Shown here in pieces: positions 56,879 through 64,000 of a DNA stretch of 64,000 nt. The stretch spans positions 95,484 to 159,483 of the IMG/VR virus record IMGVR_UViG_3300005573_000054; one strand, 5' to 3'. This stretch comes from a virus. The position numbers and the translations under genes are program-made. A model generated the notes under the pieces. It saw nothing but the letters and a program-made list of their open reading frames with translations, searched no databases and was not told where the DNA came from. Position 1 is the first letter of the stretch. The number at the start of each line of letters is the position of its first letter.

Positions 56879-57904
56879 ATGACTCTTTTTGGAGATGTTT
56901 ACTTAAAGACTAAAGAAAAACTAATCGTTCAAATTCATCTTCCTGTTACAATTTCCAATATCGTTGAGTATTCCGCGAATATTGAAAAGCTTTGCAAATA
57001 CTATGAAAGGTTGTGTTCCTTCGTCTATACTTCGGTAGTAATGTCTAATATTAAACGTAGTCCCATTCGACGAGTTTCTATTGGTGTTCATAAGATGATT
57101 AGGTTTCTTGCCCCACTTACTGCTTTGGTAGCACCAGCGTTAGTAGCGTACACTCTTAAAAAATCTGGTTATTCCTTCACACAAATTTTAGCTAGACTAT
57201 TTGGTAAAATTGACGTAAAAGACACACAAGGTAATCAACAGGGTCAATCTAAGGGCAAGGGAGAAAACCCACAAGGTAATCAACAGGGTCAATCTAAGGT
57301 CACGGGAGAAAACCCACAAGGTAGTCAACAGGGTCAATCTAAGGTCACGGGAAGGAGTCAACAAGGTAGTCAACAGGATCGACCTCCTCAGGGTGCGACA
57401 GGAAACCTACAAGGTAAACACTTATTTAATAATCTTCTAGAGACTTTTGAAGGTGGTGCCTCTAGTTCTAAGATTGGCGTTACTGAAGTAGTTATCGGTG
57501 AAGATATCAGTATCCAATATTTCTCTCACATAACAGCGAAACCTCCAGATGCTTCGGTAAAGGATATGTTAACGAATAGTTTCGTTGTAAACCAGAAAGC
57601 TCTTGTTAAAAAAGAGACAATGTTCCTCTCTACTACATCAGAAGTACAGATGTTTGCTCTAAGGATACCATGCGCTATTATCTCGTCTTCAGAACTTGAT
57701 GAAGTCGAGGGATTGAAATGTAATCTAATGATCGTTGATTTTACTAATGATATTATAAGAACGGAAATGTTGAAGATGGAAGGTTCTCTTGCTAAGACTG
57801 TGACGTTTGTAACTCGGTTGTCTGAAATCGATAGAAAACCAGATAAAGAAAGCATTACTCTTAACACATTACTCGATCTTATGAGAGGAGTAAAGAAGGT
57901 ATAA
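56879..57904 (+). CDS. Hypothetical (probable virion) protein with Gln/Gly tandem repeat
   Basis: Preceded by GAACAAATA at 56843. Hydrophobic segment, repeat linker, then LLE. Confidence 0.55.
   Translation: MTLFGDVYLKTKEKLIVQIHLPVTISNIVEYSANIEKLCKYYERLCSFVYTSVVMSNIKRSPIRRVSIGVHKMIRFLAPLTALVAPALVAYTLKKSGYSFTQILARLFGKIDVKDTQGNQQGQSKGKGENPQGNQQGQSKVTGENPQGSQQGQSKVTGRSQQGSQQDRPPQGATGNLQGKHLFNNLLETFEGGASSSKIGVTEVVIGEDISIQYFSHITAKPPDASVKDMLTNSFVVNQKALVKKETMFLSTTSEVQMFALRIPCAIISSSELDEVEGLKCNLMIVDFTNDIIRTEMLKMEGSLAKTVTFVTRLSEIDRKPDKESITLNTLLDLMRGVKKV
57226..57377 (+). repeat. 45-bp tandem repeat (about 3.4 units; QG(N/S)QQGQSK..GENP)
   Basis: Units start at 57226, 57271, 57316 and 57361. Confidence 0.9.
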
Positions 57905-58527
57905 TGGAAGTAGCGTTAGATATTATAGAAGAGTCGGAAGATAAAGTACTTCTTCAAGACTGTTCTGATCTTCTTTATGTAAGTTCATTTTTTAATGAGA
58001 AACAGGAGTCGAATTTTATCAAGAGTTGCGAAAGGCTCATTAGAAGTAGTTATGAATATAGAAAGTGGCTTAAAGAAGTGAAAGACACTCTGAATATCAA
58101 CTCATGTCCTTACACTGAAGAAGACGTTAATAGTGGAGTCTCGATAGAGATTCATCACCATCCATTGACTCTTTGGGATGTCTGTATCTGTTGTTTTGAT
58201 GAGTTGATCTTGGATAAAGGTGAAGTTACCTCATTTGATGTTGCAAAGAAGGTAATGGAGCTTCACTTCCAGATGAATGTAGGGTTTATCCCTCTTATAA
58301 AGTCACTTCATGAAAAGTTTCATGAGGGTGAAATGTCAATACCAATTGATTGGTGTTATGGAAATTGGAAAGAGTGTTACGAGAAGATCGTGAAAAGACC
58401 TGAGATAAAAGAGAAGCTTGAGGTTCACTCAAAAATAACTCTCGATCACTTAAAAGAACAAGGTTTATTTAAACAGATTGATTGGCCTACTTCTAGTTGT
58501 AAGATCTCTTTAATCAAGGCAAACTAA
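57904..58527 (+). CDS. HNH-like protein
   Basis: CPYT...IEIHHHP...IPL..SLHEKFH. Confidence 0.5.
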   Translation: MEVALDIIEESEDKVLLQDCSDLLYVSSFFNEKQESNFIKSCERLIRSSYEYRKWLKEVKDTLNINSCPYTEEDVNSGVSIEIHHHPLTLWDVCICCFDELILDKGEVTSFDVAKKVMELHFQMNVGFIPLIKSLHEKFHEGEMSIPIDWCYGNWKECYEKIVKRPEIKEKLEVHSKITLDHLKEQGLFKQIDWPTSSCKISLIKAN

Positions 58528-58534
58528 TAAGATA

Positions 58535-58897
58535 ATGAACGCTCTTGAACAGTCGACTCAACTTTCCCAACAATTATCTGATCCAACCGTTCTTTTTCCA
58601 GAGTTTGCCATTGAAAAAGACGTAAGGATAACAACACCTTATATCACTTATGTCTTTAAGTTTCTTCCTCGTTTTCTTATGTATTCTTCACTCTATAGAA
58701 TGACAGACCGGTGGCAGTATAGACCTGATTATGTTAGCTATGATATGTATGAAACCACTAATCTGTGGTGGTTGATTCTGTATGTTAATAGAGTTCCTTC
58801 GGCCATAGAGTTTACAATGTCAAGATGTCCTAATGTAATTGTTCCTTTTAAAAACGTTGTAGAAAACTTTATGAGAGAGACTCTCTTGAGGAGATGA
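58535..58897 (+). CDS. Baseplate wedge protein, T4 gp53/LysM-like
   Basis: YRPDYVSYDMY....LWWLILYVN. Confidence 0.8.
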   Translation: MNALEQSTQLSQQLSDPTVLFPEFAIEKDVRITTPYITYVFKFLPRFLMYSSLYRMTDRWQYRPDYVSYDMYETTNLWWLILYVNRVPSAIEFTMSRCPNVIVPFKNVVENFMRETLLRR

Positions 58898-58900
58898 ATT

Positions 58901-59752
58901 ATGGCGTTTTTCTCTACGTGGAGTAGTATCCTCGAAGTTTCTTTTCTGGTCCCTGAAAAAGAAGTGATAAAACTCCGAAAGAATGAGACGTTTAATAAAC
59001 TTGTGGAAGAGCGTCTTTTCTCTATTGACGATAGGTTAAAGACGTTTTTTGAAAAGAATGAAGACCTGTTGTTTTCTGTAGTATGTTATAAACAAGGAGA
59101 GAAAAGAGAACCAACGTATTTGTTTTGTCCAGAGCTTCAAACTGTAGTGATAAACCTTGATGAAAATTTCAGTAATGTTCGTCAGTACACTGTTGTAGGT
59201 TTGTTAGTACCCAAAGTGTTAAAAGTAGAGATTCTTAAACCTTCGAAAACAATTTCAAGAATTCCAACTTTCGCCAACTCTTTAGCAAGAATCTTCTATA
59301 TTGTTAATAGAAGACCTCTTGAGCAAGAACAATTTGTCCAAGAGGCTTTTATATGGTTTATATGTCATTACCTAAGAATCGCAAAGCAACAACACGTTAG
59401 TTTCAATGAAGTAGCTAGTTTTGCCTCTACGAAACTTCCAATTAGTTATTTTGTGAAAGACCAGATCAAGAATATCATATCAGATGTGAACTCAAAAGGA
59501 GTATACAACAGTAAAGTGTTTCTTAGCTCTACAGCAGAAAAGCTTTTCCAAAGCACTTATGATATGATATTATCAAGTTTACTCTCGAGGTTTGGCTCTG
59601 ATATAGTAGCGGCTCTTGATGAACCTTTTTATCTAGTGTTGAAAGTCTTTCTTGACAACCTTTTCGGAGTTGGTAATACTCATACCTACATTGATAAATC
59701 CAGTCTTTCATTGTTTAACTCTATCTTCTTGACGTCTCAAGTAGTTGCTTAA
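58901..59752 (+). CDS. Hypothetical protein
   Basis: 283-aa ORF in the operon. Confidence 0.55.
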   Translation: MAFFSTWSSILEVSFLVPEKEVIKLRKNETFNKLVEERLFSIDDRLKTFFEKNEDLLFSVVCYKQGEKREPTYLFCPELQTVVINLDENFSNVRQYTVVGLLVPKVLKVEILKPSKTISRIPTFANSLARIFYIVNRRPLEQEQFVQEAFIWFICHYLRIAKQQHVSFNEVASFASTKLPISYFVKDQIKNIISDVNSKGVYNSKVFLSSTAEKLFQSTYDMILSSLLSRFGSDIVAALDEPFYLVLKVFLDNLFGVGNTHTYIDKSSLSLFNSIFLTSQVVA

Positions 59753-59776
59753 ATTTTAATACATTGGAGATTCCAT

Positions 59777-60499
59777 ATGCTTCATTTTGCCTCCGCTGTA
59801 GTACGTGATAATGTCGATGAGACAGGAAAAGGTATTATTAAAGTCTCACTTGTTGATGAAGATCCCTCTATGCAAAAGATCTATACCGCGTACCCTATTT
59901 TCCAGGTTATTGGAAATGAAGCAATATCCTCGGGAGAGGCTCATATGGGAACATATTTTGTCCCTCCTGTGGGATCTCTAGTAGCAGTGTTATACGATAC
60001 ATCAAGGTCAGGTGGAGAATTGTATTATTTTGGTTGTCTTCTTCCAAGACAAGATAAGAGTGCTCTTCCAGAAAGTTCATTACAAGATGCTCAGAAAAGA
60101 GCAGTTTTGTTTAGATCGTCAACAGGTCAAAGTATTGTTATTTCACAGTCAGATAACGATAGAGGAGTAAGGATTACTGGTTCGAAAAGACAGTACGATA
60201 GGACTTCTCCTGGAGGAAGTGTTGTCCCTGTGAAGGGAAATCAAAGTTCGATCGTTATCGATGATAAGAACGATGAAATTCACATTTATAGCTTGAAGGC
60301 TATAACTCTGTATACCGATGGTGGTTATATAAGACTTGATTCAAGTGGGAATTTAACAATTAAAGTGAAGACTTATTCACTCTCGTTTAGCTCAGGTGTT
60401 ACTTCGGGAGGTTCCCTTGTGGAGAATGTCTCCGCTGTAAGATCTGGATGTAGGTGTGGAGGAAAAGCCGCGGCATCTAATTATGCAGATTGTTGTTAG
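59777..60499 (+). CDS. Central spike protein, gp5/VgrG OB-fold
   Basis: VVRDNVDETGKGIIKV, YFVPPVGSLVAV..D....YYFG, beta-strand repeats and a Cys-rich C-terminus. Confidence 0.75.
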   Translation: MLHFASAVVRDNVDETGKGIIKVSLVDEDPSMQKIYTAYPIFQVIGNEAISSGEAHMGTYFVPPVGSLVAVLYDTSRSGGELYYFGCLLPRQDKSALPESSLQDAQKRAVLFRSSTGQSIVISQSDNDRGVRITGSKRQYDRTSPGGSVVPVKGNQSSIVIDDKNDEIHIYSLKAITLYTDGGYIRLDSSGNLTIKVKTYSLSFSSGVTSGGSLVENVSAVRSGCRCGGKAAASNYADCC

Positions 60500-60564
60500 T
60501 ATTGATCATCTTTCACAGAACCAGCAAGAACGAGTGAGAAAGTCTGAGGTATCGTAGAGAAAAA

Positions 60565-61107
60565 ATGAATATTCCAAAATCAATAAAAAACATTTGTTTA
60601 AGAATTGTTGGTAACGAGTGGGTTAAATTTACAATCAACATCTTGAAGCTTATTGGAGTAGCTCCTTTTGTGTGGATTATAAGAGGTCTAAACAGGATAG
60701 TGGTCGATGTTTCTAATTGGAAAGATAGAAGGTTACGAGAGTCTCAAGTAAAACGTCAACTGTTACTCAATCAGCTAGTGAATGAACATGTGAATGTCTT
60801 ATTTCCAGCTGTGAATACGTTATTTCTTGAGGCATATAGTATCATCTACGCTCGAGATGTACAAGTCTATGTGGCGAATAAGATCTCATATATAGAGTAT
60901 GATGGTCCAGAGTTTCTGTTGTTGACCCAGAAGTTCTTTGATCAATTGAAAATAGTTTCAGGGAGCGTTGTTTATAGGTCGCTTATAAAATCATGGGGAA
61001 GCGAGAGTCTTTTTCAGCAATATGTTGTGATATGGTTGTACACTAAGATCTTGAATGATCTTGCTGTAAAAGTAGCACAGTCATTACCCAGTAGTACAAT
61101 CGATTAA
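60565..61107 (+). CDS. Hypothetical protein
   Basis: 180-aa ORF with a hydrophobic N-terminal segment. Confidence 0.55.
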   Translation: MNIPKSIKNICLRIVGNEWVKFTINILKLIGVAPFVWIIRGLNRIVVDVSNWKDRRLRESQVKRQLLLNQLVNEHVNVLFPAVNTLFLEAYSIIYARDVQVYVANKISYIEYDGPEFLLLTQKFFDQLKIVSGSVVYRSLIKSWGSESLFQQYVVIWLYTKILNDLAVKVAQSLPSSTID

Positions 61108-61142
61108 AACACATTTAACATAAACAAAGGAGGTTTTTTAAC

Positions 61143-61880
61143 ATGAATAGAAAATACACAAATCCTCCCATTGTGGAAGCTGTTTGTAAATTCAGGTTAA
61201 CTCCCGAGACAGAATGGGATCTCACAATACCAGGGTTGCTTTATGGGAAATTAAAAGAAGTATTTCCTCAGAAAGAGCAATATGTTATACAAGAGGTGGA
61301 ACTTACACAAGGGTCAGAAGGGTTACAAAAGCGGATCCGTACGAGTGAACGTATCATGTTCTTTACCAATGATAGAAACATGCTCGTACAAGTAGGTACT
61401 CGGTTATTAGTGGTTAACGCGTTGAAATCGTATCCTCATTGGGAGGGTTTTAAGTCTTATATTGAGATGGCTTGGAGAAGTTTGCAGGATACTGTAGAAG
61501 TACGTGGTCTAGAGTGTGTAGGTTTGCATTATGTCAATCATATTGAGTTGCCCTCTCAGAGTGTAGAGTTGTCTGAATATTTTGAGTTTTACCCATCTGT
61601 GAGTCGTAGGTTTTCCCAACAGATGTCGTCTTTCACTGTGAGTGTAGAGCTCTCCTACGCTGATGGTAGAGACTGTTGTCGTGTACGACTCGCTCCCATC
61701 GTAGGTTCAGAAGGTAAAAGCTTATTCTTGCTCGATATAGACTACTTCGTTGAGCGATCATGCACCGTGGAAGTAGCAAACGCTCTTGCTTGGATCGAAG
61801 AAGCTCACGGTCGAGTAAGAGAGATCTTCGAAGGGTGTGTCACCGACAAGTTGAGGGAAGTGTTTGCAAAAGAGGCGTAG
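61143..61880 (+). CDS. TIGR04255-like protein
   Basis: YTNPPIVEAVCKFR, YPHWEGF, VGLHYVN.I, LLDID, H......FE..VTD. Confidence 0.75.
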   Translation: MNRKYTNPPIVEAVCKFRLTPETEWDLTIPGLLYGKLKEVFPQKEQYVIQEVELTQGSEGLQKRIRTSERIMFFTNDRNMLVQVGTRLLVVNALKSYPHWEGFKSYIEMAWRSLQDTVEVRGLECVGLHYVNHIELPSQSVELSEYFEFYPSVSRRFSQQMSSFTVSVELSYADGRDCCRVRLAPIVGSEGKSLFLLDIDYFVERSCTVEVANALAWIEEAHGRVREIFEGCVTDKLREVFAKEA

Positions 61881-61934
61881 CTGTTGCTCGGTAGCGTGAC
61901 CAGCTAAGACATACCAGATATATATACTAGCAAG

Positions 61935-61965
61935 CCGGTAACAGTGTTACCGGTGGTGTTTTTTT
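61935..61965 (+). terminator. Intrinsic terminator-like hairpin
   Basis: ccggtaac-agt-gttaccgg followed by a T-run. Confidence 0.6.
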
Positions 61966-62007
61966 CGTTGCTCTCGCTAGCCGGTGTTAGCGACATACAC
62001 AAACAGT

Positions 62008-62022
62008 AGATATATATAATAG
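62008..62022 (+). promoter_or_regulatory. Candidate early promoter AGATATATATA(A/C)TAG (second copy at 61916-61930)
   Basis: 15-bp motif duplicated with one mismatch in the largest intergenic gap. This copy contains TATAAT. Confidence 0.55.
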
Positions 62023-62090
62023 AAGAGAGACGACGAGTACAGTTTTTTTAATCGTCGCCTTTCAAAAAAAAATCAGAGAAGGAGGTGCGT

Positions 62091-63512
62091 ATGTACATTG
62101 TCAATTATCTCAAGGCAGGCTACGCCTGCCTGTGGGTGCAAACCCACGAAGAATCAAGGGCTATTTCAAGTATATCTGAACAAGCCGCAGATTACTTCAA
62201 GTTCAGCTGGGATATTTCAAGAGGGTTCCAAGACCACAGTACGGGACAAGTTCGTCTACTACAAGACCCGCTGAAGCCGCTTCAAGAGATTCCCCAGCTT
62301 CCCGAGTCAAGCATTATTTTTCTCAAGGACTTCCACAAGTTCATCGGTGCAGTCGAGATATTCAGAACGGTCAAGAACCTCATTCCAGTTTTGAAGGCAA
62401 CAGACAAACACATCATTTTTGTTTCTCCAGTTGTCAACATACCAGTAGAGTTAGAGAAGGATATTACTCTAGTCCACTTCGAGCTCCCTAGTGTTCAAGA
62501 AATCATAGACATTGCAAGTCGTATTGTACAAGAGAATGACCTTAAGATCAAGGTTGACGAGAAAGCGCTAGCGGCAGCCAAGGGTCTTACTTTACAAGAA
62601 GCGGAAAATGCTCTAGCGCTCAGTCTAGTCCAAGAGAAATCATTTTCTAAGAAAGTCATCGAGAATGAGAAACTTCAAGCTATCCGCAAGAGTGGGCTCA
62701 TGGAGTTATACGAGCCTGTTCAAGAGGATCAATTAGGAGGTCTAGACAACCTGAAACAATACATCAAGAATCGTAAACGAGGTTTTGAAAATCAAGACTT
62801 ACCCACTCCAAGGGGTATTCTCTTGGTAGGTCTCCCAGGAGCAGGCAAGTCTCTTTCTGCTAAGGTAATTGCAAGTGTCCTAGATTTTCCATTGATAAGA
62901 TTGGACATCTCTAGTTTGAAAGGTTCTCTAGTTGGAGAGAGTGAAGCAAAATTGCGTCAAGCTCTTGCTCTCGTCGACGCGGTCGCACCATGCGTGGTGT
63001 GGATCGACGAGATCGAGAAAGCTTTAGGTGGAGTCCAGTCAAGTAACAAGACAGATGGTGGTACTACAAGTGCGATGTTTGGATATCTTCTGACCTGGAT
63101 GCAAGAGAGTAAGACTCCCAAGTACATCGTTGCTACAAGTAATGATATCGAGGATTTATTAACAATCAGTCAAGGCGCACTTTTGAGGAGGTTCGACGAT
63201 GTATTCTTTGTTGATCTTCCGACAGTGCAGGAAAGACAAGAGATATTGACAATTATGAACAAGCGTTATAAGACAAATTACTCAAGTGATCTCTGCCTCA
63301 GGATGGAGAATTGGACTGGGGCAGAAATCGAGAAGTTTGTAATTTCAAGTATTTTCGATGGAGTCGAGGAAGCATTTAGTAATATCAAGCCTATCTATCT
63401 CCAGAATAGAGATAAGATTGAAAAAGCAAGAGAGTGGGCTAAGTTTAATGCAAGGTTTGCTAGCAAGATTGATAAGAGTAAGGAAATAAAAGAAAGGAGG
63501 ATTGCGATATGA
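62091..63512 (+). CDS. Ycf46-like AAA+ ATPase
   Basis: THEE.R, FLKDFH, LGGLDNLK, GLPGAGKS, SLVGESE, WIDEIEK, RRFD. ATG 62091 follows GGAGG. Confidence 0.85.
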   Translation: MYIVNYLKAGYACLWVQTHEESRAISSISEQAADYFKFSWDISRGFQDHSTGQVRLLQDPLKPLQEIPQLPESSIIFLKDFHKFIGAVEIFRTVKNLIPVLKATDKHIIFVSPVVNIPVELEKDITLVHFELPSVQEIIDIASRIVQENDLKIKVDEKALAAAKGLTLQEAENALALSLVQEKSFSKKVIENEKLQAIRKSGLMELYEPVQEDQLGGLDNLKQYIKNRKRGFENQDLPTPRGILLVGLPGAGKSLSAKVIASVLDFPLIRLDISSLKGSLVGESEAKLRQALALVDAVAPCVVWIDEIEKALGGVQSSNKTDGGTTSAMFGYLLTWMQESKTPKYIVATSNDIEDLLTISQGALLRRFDDVFFVDLPTVQERQEILTIMNKRYKTNYSSDLCLRMENWTGAEIEKFVISSIFDGVEEAFSNIKPIYLQNRDKIEKAREWAKFNARFASKIDKSKEIKERRIAI

Positions 63513-63877
63513 TAAAACTTGCAAATTTCACTCTTCATGATCAAGTTGCTTATATAGACAAGTGGAGAGAGTTTGGATTCGAGATGGATCCAACTCCAAG
63601 AGCTCCATTGATCAAGTTTGAAGAACAAGAATGGACAGAAGACAAGATTCTAGACTCTGTGAAAAGAACTCTCACAGAAATTAAACAAGAAGGTTTCGAG
63701 GCCATTATGATTGGGGGTCTCTCCAACTGTATGGCTTATGCATGGTTTCTAGCTCACAAGCTTGGACTTCGAGTGATCATGTCCAAGACACCAAGACTTA
63801 GGACACCAGACGGCAAGTTCGTCTTCAAGTTAACTGGTTGGCAAGAGCTTTTACCACCAGAGGAGGTTAATTTATGA
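63509..63877 (+). CDS. Small Rossmann-like protein, Csx20-like (candidate ring nuclease)
   Basis: NFTLH, AIMIGG, KLGLRVIMSKTPR, DG...F...GW.E pattern. Confidence 0.4.
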   Translation: MIKLANFTLHDQVAYIDKWREFGFEMDPTPRAPLIKFEEQEWTEDKILDSVKRTLTEIKQEGFEAIMIGGLSNCMAYAWFLAHKLGLRVIMSKTPRLRTPDGKFVFKLTGWQELLPPEEVNL

Positions 63878-64000
63878 GCCATACGATGAACATCCAGCTC
63901 GAGCTGCATGATCAAGACGCTCTTCAAGAGGCTTGCAAGAGACTGAACTTACAAGTAAAACAGGGTAAATTCAAGTTATACTCTTCAACAGAAGAAGGAC
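63874..64000 (+). CDS. DUF1257-like protein (3'-truncated)
   Basis: MSHTMNIQLELHDQDALQEACKRL; AGGAGG RBS; a usual neighbour of Ycf46-like ATPases. Not in the ORF track. Confidence 0.6.
   Translation, partial: MSHTMNIQLELHDQDALQEACKRLNLQVKQGKFKLYSSTEEG

Noticed and set aside
61881-62090. tRNA or structured ncRNA gene
   Set aside because: No cloverleaf or T-loop consensus found by eye; only a terminator-like hairpin.
1-64000. Minus-strand ORFs and nested alternate-frame ORFs in the track
   Set aside because: They are short, lie largely or wholly within well-supported + strand genes, and show no recognisable motifs.
1-64000. Stop-codon reassignment
   Set aside because: TAA, TAG and TGA all end genes at sensible boundaries, and conserved proteins are uninterrupted in the standard code.
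1-64000. Uracil-substituted genome, or a specific (e.g. thermophilic) host
   Set aside because: Suggested only by analogy with the AR9 promoter core and by amino-acid composition. No supporting gene or computed evidence is in this window.

Overview
This window is a segment of a large (jumbo-type) contractile-tailed phage genome. Genes are densely packed, essentially all on the + strand, and read in the standard code. It runs through five parts. (i) 1-23.4 kb: a modular tail-fibre/receptor-binding cluster with three genes carrying 30 near-identical Kelch-like blades with hypervariable loops, a long GNVGIGT-repeat fibre with an S74 chaperone, adaptor proteins, two glycosyltransferases, a SpeD-like decarboxylase and an embedded spanin-holin-lytic transglycosylase cassette (implying a diderm host). 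(ii) T4-like baseplate, neck and tape-measure genes plus probable internal virion proteins. (iii) Clamp loader, primase, RecA/UvsX, Cas4-like nuclease and a stand-alone LigD phosphoesterase. (iv) A phage multisubunit RNA polymerase (beta' then beta) preceded by a candidate sigma-like subunit, with a recurring GAACAWA upstream motif. (v) From about 62 kb, a probable early region (AAA ATPase, Csx20-like candidate ring nuclease, DUF1257-like). The most striking signal is an apparent diversification system for receptor-binding proteins with no reverse transcriptase in the window: propeller blades are exchanged between genes with blade number held at multiples of six, and one duplicated fibre domain differs almost only at amino-acid-changing codons. 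All family calls come from motif recognition by eye, not database searches, and all counts are hand counts.
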